A DNA stretch of 64,000 bases, taken from positions 4,635 through 68,634 of the forward strand of contig JAAVYD010000143.1 in assembly GCA_022790955.1 (NCBI GenBank). The letters run 5' to 3'. The notes beneath the pieces are model-generated. The model saw only the letters and a list, made by a program, of their open reading frames with translations. It made no database searches and was not told the origin of the DNA. Source of the DNA: Bacillota bacterium (lineage in GTDB: Bacteria; Bacillota; Clostridia; Peptostreptococcales; Anaerovoracaceae). This document shows, piece by piece, positions 9,978 to 18,800 of this stretch (position 1 is the first letter of the stretch; each line of letters begins with the position of its first letter). The position numbers and the translations under genes were made by a program.

Positions 9978-10400
9978 ATGGCAGAGATGAAAAACATATG
10001 TGGAAAGATTCCTCTGGAACTGCATGCGAAAGTACGGCAGGAAATCGAGCGGAGGGAAATCAGCACACAGCAATTTATTCAACAGGCAATAGAAGAACAT
10101 TTTATGGAGAGAAAAGGAGAGGTCAGCATGGCAGTAAGGACATTGGCGGTACAGGTATCAGAGGAATTATTTGCAAGATTCAAAACAGCACTGGCAAAGA
10201 AAGGCTGCAAGCAGAAGGATTTCTTAATTGAAATCATCGAAAAGGCTGTTGAGGAAATCGAAAAGGCTGAGATGGCAGAGACTAAAGAAGAGGCTGTCAT
10301 GGAGGAAGAACCGGAGGGAGAAGAGACGCAAAAGGAATCGGAAGAGGAAGCGTCCGGGAATCCCACAGCAGATATGGAAACAGAAGATATAAAGGAATAG
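9978..10400 (+). CDS. Tandem ribbon-helix-helix (CopG/Arc-like) DNA-binding protein with acidic tail
   Basis: AAAGGAGA RBS before the ATG at 9978. Two RHH-like units (IPLELHAKVRQEIERREISTQQFIQQAIEEHF and VSEELFARFKTALAKKGCKQKDFLIEIIEKAV) are followed by a Glu-rich tail. Confidence 0.6.
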   Translation: MAEMKNICGKIPLELHAKVRQEIERREISTQQFIQQAIEEHFMERKGEVSMAVRTLAVQVSEELFARFKTALAKKGCKQKDFLIEIIEKAVEEIEKAEMAETKEEAVMEEEPEGEETQKESEEEASGNPTADMETEDIKE

Positions 10401-10415
10401 GGGCGGGTGAGATTA

Positions 10416-10453
10416 CAGGAGCGGTGTGGCAGAAACCATGCCGCTCCTGTTTT
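10416..10453 (+). terminator. Rho-independent terminator
   Basis: CAGGAGCGG (10416-10424) pairs with CCGCTCCTG (10441-10449), followed by TTTT. Confidence 0.75.
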
Positions 10454-10500
10454 CGTGCCATTGTATGTTCCAAAACTGCCGATGGTATATTTTTGTGTAA

Positions 10501-11793
10501 GAAAGGAGGCTGATAGCCGGAGAAATTATTCGATTTTTTGATTTATTCAGCGGAATCGGCGGATTTCGTGAAGGGCTTAGGAGAGCCGGAGGTTTTGTCT
10601 GTGTCGGGCATTGTGAATTAGACGTTCATGCGGACCAGAACTACCGGGCTCTGTTTGCAACGGAAGGGGAGTGGTATTGTAATGACGCAAGAAGCATCGA
10701 AACAGGAAGCGTACCAGATTTTGATCTGTTATGTGCAGGATTTCCTTGTCAGACATTTTCCATCGCCGGAAAGAGGAAAGGATTCGCAGACGCCAGAGGA
10801 ACGCTTTTCTTTGAAATTGCCAGACTGGTTAAAGATAAGCGCCCTGCATATTTTCTGCTTGAAAATGTACCCGGACTCTTATCGCATGACAAAGGGAGGA
10901 CGTTTTACACCATCCTCAGTACGTTTCATGAACTGGGGTATCATGTGGAATGGAAAGTGCTTAACAGCAAGGATTTCGGAGTCCCACAGTCAAGAAAACG
11001 AGTGTATCTTATCGGATATCTTGATGGAAGATGTGCCGGGAAAATATTACCTGTCCAAAGAGCAAACAGAGCGGCTCTTATACAAGTCTGCGAAGGCAGT
11101 CAGGGAAAAAGAGTCTACCATCCGGACGGAGTAAGCTGTACGCTTATGTCAAGCGCCGGGGGTATGGGTGGAAAGACCGGACTTTATAGTATGGGAATTC
11201 CTATTAAAGAGGCAACGCAGGCTGGATTTAAAATGGCGTATCCGGGCGACAGTATTGACCTGGGGTATGCCACCATGAATACAAGGCGGGGCCGCGTGGG
11301 ACATGAGATTGCTCATACATTGACTACCGGGAGCCAGCAGGGAACGCTGCACTTTGTCGATCTTTCCTATCCGCCGCAGGTGACGGAGCATGCAAGATGT
11401 ATCCATACCCGGCAGGACGCAGGCGTATTCAACCACAGAGGGGAGAGTTCCGGCGTGCTGGAAGAGAGCAGAGCAAGAGCCATCCTGACACCTGCAAAAG
11501 AAAAGACCAGACAGCAGGGGCGCAGGGTAAAGGAGGCAGAAGAGTCCATGTTTACGATTACAGCCACAGACTGGCATGGAGTTATCTATCGCGGCAGAAT
11601 CCGCAGGCTGACGCCGAGGGAGTGTCTGCGGCTGCAGGGGTATTATGACGAACAGATTGACGTCATGGAAAAGGATACTTCAGACAGACAGCTTTATAAG
11701 CAGGCAGGAAACGGGGTAACTGTGACGGTCATTGAGGCGATTGGCAGGAATCTATCCAGCGTCCATCAGGAACTGCAGACTGAAAAAGAGTAA
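10501..11793 (+). CDS. DNA (cytosine-5) methyltransferase, orphan; start codon unresolved
   Basis: The frame is open from 10501. Motifs present: I FDLFSGIGGF, IV GFPCQTFS, ENV, and QSRKRVYLIG. There is no in-frame ATG, GTG or TTG before GTG 10945, which lies after motifs I-VIII. GAAAGGAGG at 10501-10509 is followed by in-frame CTG, ATA and ATT codons. Confidence 0.8.
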   Translation, partial: ERRLIAGEIIRFFDLFSGIGGFREGLRRAGGFVCVGHCELDVHADQNYRALFATEGEWYCNDARSIETGSVPDFDLLCAGFPCQTFSIAGKRKGFADARGTLFFEIARLVKDKRPAYFLLENVPGLLSHDKGRTFYTILSTFHELGYHVEWKVLNSKDFGVPQSRKRVYLIGYLDGRCAGKILPVQRANRAALIQVCEGSQGKRVYHPDGVSCTLMSSAGGMGGKTGLYSMGIPIKEATQAGFKMAYPGDSIDLGYATMNTRRGRVGHEIAHTLTTGSQQGTLHFVDLSYPPQVTEHARCIHTRQDAGVFNHRGESSGVLEESRARAILTPAKEKTRQQGRRVKEAEESMFTITATDWHGVIYRGRIRRLTPRECLRLQGYYDEQIDVMEKDTSDRQLYKQAGNGVTVTVIEAIGRNLSSVHQELQTEKE

Positions 11794-11820
11794 AAAATAT
11801 AGGAAAGGCAGGGATGTTCT

Positions 11821-12771
11821 ATTGATTTAAGAGACCAGTATTTCGGTACGGAGATTGAGATGACAGGGATTACCCGGAAACGCGCGGCGGAAGTGGTGGG
11901 GGAATTGTTTCATCATACACCGAAGTATGATGGAGGAACTTATGAGGTCTGGAGTGTGCGGGATCCGGAGGGAAAGAAGTGGAAGTTTGCCTATGATTCC
12001 AGTATTAACGCAGAGCGGAAATATCGGGGAGTCTATATAGAAACCAGTTCGGAGTACAAGACGGAGATGGTTACTCCCAAACTGGAATATTCAGAAATGG
12101 AGAAACTGCAGAAAGTGGTACGCTGTCTTAGGAATCATGGGGCTAAGACGAATAGCTCCTGCGGGCAGCACGTCCACGTAGATGCAGGAAATCATACGGC
12201 AAAAAGCCTGAAGAATGCATTGTCGATTATGTATTCTAAAGAGGATATACTGTTCAAGGCGCTGAAAGTGCAGCCGGATCGGGAGGATACATACTGTCAG
12301 AAAGTCCGTCCGGCAGTGCTTGAAAAGATCCGGCGTATGCCGAACAGTACGATTTCAATGGAAAAACTGAAAAAAGCATGGTATGAAGGCAGGGATGGGA
12401 GTTCCCAGCATTATAACTGGACCCGGTACTATGCGTTAAATCTGCATGCAGTGTTCTCCAAAGGCACGTTGGAGTGGAGATGTTTTGAAAGCACGCTTCA
12501 TGCCGGAAAAGTGCGGGCGAATATTGTCCTTGCGCTTGCCATTTCCGCACAGGCAATTAACCAGAAATGTACCCATGCAAAGAAAACGGAGATCACAGAA
12601 AATCCCTGTTTTACCTTTCGGACATTCCTGCTCCGGCTCGGTTTAATCGGACCGGAGTATAAAAATGTCCGGGAACATCTGCTCTGCAATCTGGAAGGAG
12701 ATAAGGCATGGCGGTATGATAAGGACAGTTATGAGTGCCTGAAAAGGAAAAAGGCAGGGGAGGCGAGATAG
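11821..12771 (+). CDS. Amidoligase_2-family (glutamine-synthetase-fold COOH-NH2 ligase) protein; start codon unresolved
   Basis: The frame is open from 11803. The conserved N-terminal motif YFGTEIEMTGITR spans the first ATG (11860). Other motifs are TEMVTPKLEY and SCGQHVHVD. ATT 11821 is the only plausible upstream initiator. Confidence 0.7.
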   Translation: MDLRDQYFGTEIEMTGITRKRAAEVVGELFHHTPKYDGGTYEVWSVRDPEGKKWKFAYDSSINAERKYRGVYIETSSEYKTEMVTPKLEYSEMEKLQKVVRCLRNHGAKTNSSCGQHVHVDAGNHTAKSLKNALSIMYSKEDILFKALKVQPDREDTYCQKVRPAVLEKIRRMPNSTISMEKLKKAWYEGRDGSSQHYNWTRYYALNLHAVFSKGTLEWRCFESTLHAGKVRANIVLALAISAQAINQKCTHAKKTEITENPCFTFRTFLLRLGLIGPEYKNVREHLLCNLEGDKAWRYDKDSYECLKRKKAGEAR

Positions 12772-12787
12772 GAGGGAGGTGAGGACG

Positions 12788-13303
12788 ATGACAGAGCAGT
12801 TCTATTTTGCTTATGGCAGCAACATGAATTTAGATCAAATGGAATTCCGGTGTCCGAAAGCAGAAGTGGTGGAAAATGTCCGGCTGGAGAATTACCGTTT
12901 GGCGTTCCGGGGAAGAAGTTCTGGCGGAGGCGTGGCGACTATTTTGCCGGAAGAGGGAAGCCATGTGGACGGCGTGCTGTGGAAGATTACACCGGATTGT
13001 GAGAGCAGCCTGGATCTGTATGAGGGCTATCCGCATTTGTACGGCAAAGAGATGATCTGCGTATCCAATGAAGAGGGGAAGAAGCGGGAAGTGATGGTAT
13101 ATACCATCAATGAGCCGTATAAAAGTATTCCGGCAAGACCGTCACAATTCTATCTGGAAGGGATTCTGGAGGGGTGCAGGCAGAATGGTATTCCCACCGG
13201 GCAGATTCTGGAAGAGGTAGAGCGTACCCGGAAAGAAATCAATGCCGCAGAGCAGGAGAAGAGAGGAAAAAAGGGATGTAAAAAAGAACATCGGGAAAGG
13301 TAG
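12788..13303 (+). CDS. Gamma-glutamyl cyclotransferase (GGCT/AIG2-like)
   Basis: GGAGGGAGG RBS. N-terminal FYFAYGSNMN motif, as in GGCT, plus LDLYEGYP with the candidate catalytic Glu. Confidence 0.8.
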   Translation: MTEQFYFAYGSNMNLDQMEFRCPKAEVVENVRLENYRLAFRGRSSGGGVATILPEEGSHVDGVLWKITPDCESSLDLYEGYPHLYGKEMICVSNEEGKKREVMVYTINEPYKSIPARPSQFYLEGILEGCRQNGIPTGQILEEVERTRKEINAAEQEKRGKKGCKKEHRER

Positions 13304-13334
13304 GCCGCAGGGAGAAAATTCTCTGCGGCTTTTT
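13304..13334 (+). terminator. Rho-independent terminator
   Basis: GCCGCAGGGAGAAAATTCTCTGCGGC hairpin followed by TTTTT. Confidence 0.75.
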
Positions 13335-13397
13335 CTGTCTTGGAAACAGTGAAATACAGGGAATGTGTTTTTGTAAAAAAGTATAGAAAGCGCTCAG

Positions 13398-16300
13398 ATG
13401 AGTGGAAAGGAGAATGCAGCGAAATTGAAAAAAACAAAAAGAAGAATTATAGCGATGGGGCTTGCAGTTTTGATGGGACTGAGTTCTGTCGGGAGCATGA
13501 CCTATGCGCATGAGGATAAGGAAACGGATATTACTGCCGAAGATATTACGAAAAGTGTGAATGACACATCTTTTACAGCGGAAACCTGTATGGAGGGAAT
13601 CCATTATGATGCGTCTAAAGAAACAGTTACGTTGGAGTCTGTTGAATCGGAAAGAGGAGGCTCTTATCAGCCTAAACAGGCTGGCACATACATTGCCAGA
13701 TATCGGGTCGTCCCGAAAGACCAAAGAGACAGTTATGTGATTTCCCGGAAGATTGTCCTGACGGATACCGAAGGGAGCGCCTATGCAGAGGATAATGGCG
13801 GCAGGAAGCAGAAAGAAAATACGGATCCGGAAGATCATTCGGAACCTGAAAGCAAAACGATGCCGGAGGTAAGCGTTACAAGTACCAATGAATCGGATAC
13901 GAAAAAGACACTGGAGCAGTTAGAAGAAGATATTGAGAATGGAAATATTATGATCCTGTCTGCGGCAGATTTGTCTTTATCCAGAGCAGCAAGGTCTGCA
14001 GTACATCTGGAAAAGGGCGAGGATATTCAGTATCCGTCCTATCTTGGGAATTATCTGACCTGTAAGTTCCGTGTGAACGGAAAGATTGCATACTGCCTGC
14101 AGTCTCATAAGGCAACACCGCCCAGCGGAGAGTATGTGGCGAAGGTGCTGGATTCCAATGAGAATCTGCAGAAAGTCCTGTACTATGGGTATGGCGGCGC
14201 CGGGGATATTACGGGTTCTTACCTGTCCGGGAAAAGCGCAAATGAGAGATATGTATATACCCACATTGCGGCAAGCTACGCTTACGCAGGTGAGAATGGA
14301 TTCGCAGGCTGTGCTTATAATGATCTGGTAGGGGCAGGAGTCATTGCATATATCAATCACCTGTTCGGAATGGAAAAGCCGCCGAAAGGCGAGCTTTCCT
14401 TATCGAAAACGGACGTGAAAGCTGTCCGTAATGGAGAGATCCAAAAAACATCGAATATCAAATTAAATGGGGATCACAGAAATTATATCACAGTGACTGT
14501 GCCCAAAGATGTGACATGCCATAATCTTACAAAAGAGACTTCCGCTACAAATGGGAAACTCCGTATTTATGGCGGCGATACCTTTTACTTGTCCGCACTG
14601 ATGAGCGTGACAGGAAAGTATGCTTCGGGAAATCTGTACGGCTCAATCCGGGAGACATGGAAAACATTGGTGCTGACAACAGGAAATGAGCAGCAGGATA
14701 TCGGTGTTTTTGAGTCGGAATCAGCGTCTCCGGTAAGTTTCAAAGTGGATTGGCTGGAAATGGCGAGAATAGAGCTTGTAAAAAAGGACATGGATACCAA
14801 AAATCCGCTGGCCGGGGCAGTTTATGGTATTTATACCGATAAAAAGTGTGAAAACCTGTTCCTGACAATGACGGCTACTGGCGCGGATGGAAAGGCAGTC
14901 AGTGATTATTTTGACGCGGCGCTTAAATGTGTTTATGTGAGGGAAATTACCGCGCCGAAGAATTATGTGCGGAATCCGGATATTTATAAGGTAGATGTAG
15001 AGGCAGGAAAGACGGCGGCTGTTACCGGCTATGACGAGAGAGTGACAGGCTCCGTTCATATCCATAAGACAGACAGGGAAACAGAAAAGTTCCTGCCGCA
15101 GGGCGACAGCGCTCTGGCCGGGGCGGTTTATGGGCTGTATGCAAAAGAGGATATCGTACATCCGGACGGAAAGACAGGCGTTCTGTTTAGAAAGGGCAGC
15201 CTGATTACGCAGGGTGTGATTAAAAAAGATGGATCACTGGATTTTACGGAACTGTATCTGGGAAAGATGTATGTAAAAGAAATCACACCGCCAAAAGGAT
15301 ATACGCTGGATATGGCGCAGTATGATGTCACCGTCACCTATGAGGGGCAGGAGCAGGCAGAAGTAACACGAGACCTGACTGTCAGCGAACAGGTGAAGAA
15401 ACAGGCGTTCCAGCTGATTAAGATTAGTGAGGACGGAGAACAGACAGAAGCAGACCTGGTAAAGGGCGCAGGTTTTACCGTCTATCTGGTAAGCAGTTTA
15501 TCCAAAGTAAAAAGCGGGGAACTTGCTCCGGCAAATGGTTCTGCATTTGTTGCAGACGATTTCAGGAACTATGATTTTTCAGGTGAGAAAGCGGCAGTTA
15601 CCTATGAAAAGGGAAAGGAAGTTCTCGTACCGGAATTGATGACCGATGCCAAAGGATATGCCGTCAGCCCGGAGTTTCCCTATGGATTGTATGTGGTTGA
15701 GGAAAGTACGGTGCCAAAGAATCTGAAGAAGATAGCTCCATTTCTTGTAACTGTGGAGGAGGACAGCAGAGAGCCGATGCAGTGGCGGATTTTTGATGAC
15801 CGTCCGTTTCAATTTCTTCTGAAGATTATGAAAAAGGACGCTCAGACCGGAAGTCCGGTATTAAAAGCAGGAGCTTCTTATAAGATTTTCGATTGTGAAA
15901 AAGAAGAATATGTAGAGCAGGTCATTCAGTACCCAAAGAAAGAGAAAATCAGTGTATTTACCACCAATGACGAGGGCTGTTTGGTAACACCTGAGAAACT
16001 GAAATGTTCCACGTACCGCATTGAAGAAACAGCGGCACCGGAAGGATTTGTAAGACAGGGGAATGAAATGTCCCTGTATGATGGAGAGAATCTCCTTTCC
16101 GCTGCGGAGATCACAACAGCCGGGGAATATAAAGAGAATCCTCAAAAGAGCATTGAGATTACCATTTCTTCTGATACCGCTCATCAGATTGATCCAGATA
16201 CGGGGGCAGTCATTGTAGGAGTAGAGCAGTCCAATGATGAGCAGGTAGGAAGCCTTACCCTGATAAAAACCGGGGAGCAGCTTATCGACGTATCCGGGAA

Positions 16301-17711
16301 ATCCATTTTAGAGCAGGCAGCTTCTGTATTTGGCAGGATAAAAGATGTAATTACAGGAACGGATTCTGATATGGGCGTGTTCCGTAAATTTGAATATGAG
16401 GAGCTGGGCGTAGAGGGGGCAGAGTTTGAACTCTATGCTAAGGATACCATTTATTCTCCGGATTATAGGAAAGATGAAAAAGGCGATCCGGTTGTCCGGT
16501 TTGAAAAAGATGATCTGGTGGCGAAGCTTACGACAGACGGGGAAGGAAAGGCTGTTGTCCATAACCTTCCTCTTGGTTCTTATTATCTGAAAGAAACGAA
16601 AGCAGGGGAGCATTTTGTGCTGAATACGGAACAGAAAGCGTTCACATTGACAGCCGGGAATGATACGCAGGCGGTTGTATATGAAAGTGTTTCTTATAAG
16701 AATGAGCGCCAGAAAGTGGAAGTAACGGCAGATAAGAAAGATTCTGTATCCGGGAAGCCGTTAGAAGGCGTTGTATTTGGGCTTTATGCCGGAGAAGATA
16801 TTGTTTCCTTAAAGGGAGATGTCCTTGTGGAAAAAGATACCCTGCTGGAGAAAAAGGAAACGGACGCTGAGGGCAGGGTGCAGTTTGACAGCGACCTGTA
16901 TCATGGGAAATATTATGTGAAGGAAGTGAGGAAACTTCCGGGATATCTTACGAATGAAACTGTGTGGGAGTTTGAAGCCGTCTATGAGAATCAGGAGATA
17001 AACGCTCTGACATTCCAGAGGGAAATAGAGAACCAGCCGACAGAAACGCATTTTTCTAAGACGGACGCGACGACCGGGGAAGAACTGGAGGGCGCAAAAC
17101 TGCAGATTATAGACAACGATAAACATGTGGTGGAAGAGTGGGTAAGTAAAAAAGAGCCGCATATAGTCTATGGGCTGCCGGAAGGAAGTTATACACTGCA
17201 TGAAGAACTGGCTCCCTTTGAAAATGGATATGTGTCCGCGGCTGATGCGGCGTTTGAAGTCAGAGAGGACGGCAGCGTGACGAAAGTGGAGATGAAAGAT
17301 GAATATTCCAAAGTGGATATCTCCAAAACGGACCTGACAACGGGAAAGGAGCTTCCGGGGGCAACACTGCAGGTGATCGGCAGGGCTGGAGAGATTTTGG
17401 AAGAATGGGTAACGGACGGGAAACCGCACAGGATAGAAAAATTGCCCGTAGGGGAAGAACTGATATTGCGTGAACTGTCTGCCCCGGAGGGCTATGAGAT
17501 TGCGGAGGAAGTGAAATTCACACTGGAAGATACAATGGAAATTCGGAAAGTGGAAATGAAAGACGCAAAGATTCCGGATATCCCAGTGCCAAAGACAGGG
17601 GATAACCGGGCGGTTCCCATGATTCTGCTTGCAGTCTGCACAGTTTCCGCAGCAGCGTTTGCTGTAGTAACAATCCGCAGGAAAAAGAAGAATCAGCATG
17701 AAGAAAAATAA
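13398..17711 (+). CDS. Large cell-wall-anchored adhesin with multiple Cna-B/SpaA-type domains
   Basis: 1437 aa with signal peptide IIAMGLAVLMGLSSVGSMTYA. About 10 repeats follow the pattern LxGAVYGLY...DxxGxxxF..L..GKYYVKExxAPxGY. The C-terminal sorting signal is VPKTG, a hydrophobic helix, then RRKKK. Confidence 0.9.
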   Translation: MSGKENAAKLKKTKRRIIAMGLAVLMGLSSVGSMTYAHEDKETDITAEDITKSVNDTSFTAETCMEGIHYDASKETVTLESVESERGGSYQPKQAGTYIARYRVVPKDQRDSYVISRKIVLTDTEGSAYAEDNGGRKQKENTDPEDHSEPESKTMPEVSVTSTNESDTKKTLEQLEEDIENGNIMILSAADLSLSRAARSAVHLEKGEDIQYPSYLGNYLTCKFRVNGKIAYCLQSHKATPPSGEYVAKVLDSNENLQKVLYYGYGGAGDITGSYLSGKSANERYVYTHIAASYAYAGENGFAGCAYNDLVGAGVIAYINHLFGMEKPPKGELSLSKTDVKAVRNGEIQKTSNIKLNGDHRNYITVTVPKDVTCHNLTKETSATNGKLRIYGGDTFYLSALMSVTGKYASGNLYGSIRETWKTLVLTTGNEQQDIGVFESESASPVSFKVDWLEMARIELVKKDMDTKNPLAGAVYGIYTDKKCENLFLTMTATGADGKAVSDYFDAALKCVYVREITAPKNYVRNPDIYKVDVEAGKTAAVTGYDERVTGSVHIHKTDRETEKFLPQGDSALAGAVYGLYAKEDIVHPDGKTGVLFRKGSLITQGVIKKDGSLDFTELYLGKMYVKEITPPKGYTLDMAQYDVTVTYEGQEQAEVTRDLTVSEQVKKQAFQLIKISEDGEQTEADLVKGAGFTVYLVSSLSKVKSGELAPANGSAFVADDFRNYDFSGEKAAVTYEKGKEVLVPELMTDAKGYAVSPEFPYGLYVVEESTVPKNLKKIAPFLVTVEEDSREPMQWRIFDDRPFQFLLKIMKKDAQTGSPVLKAGASYKIFDCEKEEYVEQVIQYPKKEKISVFTTNDEGCLVTPEKLKCSTYRIEETAAPEGFVRQGNEMSLYDGENLLSAAEITTAGEYKENPQKSIEITISSDTAHQIDPDTGAVIVGVEQSNDEQVGSLTLIKTGEQLIDVSGKSILEQAASVFGRIKDVITGTDSDMGVFRKFEYEELGVEGAEFELYAKDTIYSPDYRKDEKGDPVVRFEKDDLVAKLTTDGEGKAVVHNLPLGSYYLKETKAGEHFVLNTEQKAFTLTAGNDTQAVVYESVSYKNERQKVEVTADKKDSVSGKPLEGVVFGLYAGEDIVSLKGDVLVEKDTLLEKKETDAEGRVQFDSDLYHGKYYVKEVRKLPGYLTNETVWEFEAVYENQEINALTFQREIENQPTETHFSKTDATTGEELEGAKLQIIDNDKHVVEEWVSKKEPHIVYGLPEGSYTLHEELAPFENGYVSAADAAFEVREDGSVTKVEMKDEYSKVDISKTDLTTGKELPGATLQVIGRAGEILEEWVTDGKPHRIEKLPVGEELILRELSAPEGYEIAEEVKFTLEDTMEIRKVEMKDAKIPDIPVPKTGDNRAVPMILLAVCTVSAAAFAVVTIRRKKKNQHEEK

Positions 17712-18495
17712 ACTCCGGATCTGGCAGGCAGTTTTCCTGCTGATTTTTATTATTAGCGCTGGAATTTTAGTCTATCAGATGGTCTGTCTGCCGTTGGAGA
17801 ACCGGAAGATGGCAGAGCAGTTAAAAGAAGATTTCCCGGAGGAAACTCCGGGAGATTTCTCCCCCGAAGAGAACCCCTTACCAGCTGGGAAAGAAGAGGA
17901 AGTCTCCGGCGTTAATCTTGCAGCGCTTAAGGCAAAGTATCCTGATGTGAGAGGTTGGCTTACCGTTCCGGGTACAGGGATTGATTACCCGGTTCTGCAA
18001 AGCAAAGAATACGAGCCGGAATATTATCTGCGGCGGAATTACCGGGGAGAGGAGGATGTGAATGGAAGCCTGTTCCTGCAGTGGAACTGTGAAGTGTCTG
18101 AAAGTAAGAATCTTATCATCTATGGGCATAACATGAACAGCGGCGCCATGTTCGGGAATCTGGGGCGGTATGCGGATCAAGAGTACTGCAGGAGTCATTT
18201 AAGTGTGTTTTTCCAGACACTGGAGGGCATGGCAGAGTACGAGGTGACAGCGGTTATAAAAGCAGATGTGCAAATGTTCCCGTTCCAGCAGGTAAAGTTT
18301 CAGGAACCGGACGGTCTGGAGAAATATATTCGGCAGGCGAAAGCCCAGAGCTTGTTTGGGATTGAAGCAGGTGCGGATAAAAAGGGCGTGGCACAGGTAC
18401 TGACATTGGTAACCTGTTCTTATGAATGGCAGGGCGCCAGAAATATTGTAGTGGCAGTAAGAAAAACGACAGCCCGGAAAGAGAAAAGTGTCTGA
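17698..18495 (+). CDS. srtB: Class-B type sortase
   Basis: 265 aa. Overlaps the adhesin stop by 14 nt. N-terminal TM segment. Motifs: DVRGWLTVPGTGIDYPVLQ, IIYGHNM and the catalytic TLVTCSY. Confidence 0.8.
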   Translation: MKKNKLRIWQAVFLLIFIISAGILVYQMVCLPLENRKMAEQLKEDFPEETPGDFSPEENPLPAGKEEEVSGVNLAALKAKYPDVRGWLTVPGTGIDYPVLQSKEYEPEYYLRRNYRGEEDVNGSLFLQWNCEVSESKNLIIYGHNMNSGAMFGNLGRYADQEYCRSHLSVFFQTLEGMAEYEVTAVIKADVQMFPFQQVKFQEPDGLEKYIRQAKAQSLFGIEAGADKKGVAQVLTLVTCSYEWQGARNIVVAVRKTTARKEKSV

Positions 18496-18703
18496 AAACC
18501 GGGGCTTTGCAACGCCTCGTTGCACAGGTACAGGAGAGACGGCAGGAAGTGTTTGAAAGTGCCGGGTATTAGACGTGTTGCGGAACATCTGCTACAGTAT
18601 ATTAGAAAAAGTGTCTGAAAGTACCCGGAAAGTGCAGAATGTGAGACGCTCTTTAGAATATCTGCGTCGGGATATCAGGGAAAAGTGTTTGAAAGAAACC
18701 GGG
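18485..18703 (+). repeat. Four-copy iteron array AAGTGTYTGAAA-N2-5-CCGGG
   Basis: Copies at 18485-18504, 18546-18566, 18608-18628 and 18682-18703. Start-to-start spacings are 61, 62 and 74 nt. The first copy overlaps the sortase stop codon. The array fills the leader of metK. Confidence 0.85.
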
Positions 18704-18800
18704 AAATTAAACAAAAATGAATCATATTGCAGCAATGGCAGGGTGTGTTCTTTTTGAAAAGAGTGCATCCTGTTTGCTTTAAGAAAGGAAGAAAAAGAAG

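Noticed and set aside
10628-11134. 168-aa ORF overlapping the 5-prime half of the C5 methylase.
   Set aside because: It is out of frame with the methylase motifs (FSGIGG, GFPCQ, ENV, QSRKR), which are all encoded in the other frame from 10501. It is an artefact of the missing canonical start.
14040-14300. Thioester (TED) domain in the N-terminal region of the 13398 adhesin, suggested by AYCLQSHKATPPSG.
   Set aside because: Only the Cys-containing half of the signature is recognisable. I could not find the partner TQxA(I/V)W-type Gln motif, so the call is unsupported without an HMM or structure search.
18485-18703. CRISPR-like array, suggested by regularly spaced repeats. The same question arises for the tandem repeats at 44898 and 46227.
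   Set aside because: The repeat core is only about 20 nt, degenerate and present in four copies, with no cas genes. The other two arrays are in-frame coding repeats with no spacers.
18496-18800. Possible S-box (SAM-I) riboswitch upstream of metK.
   Set aside because: I could not find the conserved S-box core elements, and the leader is instead occupied by the iteron array. A covariance-model scan is needed to be certain.
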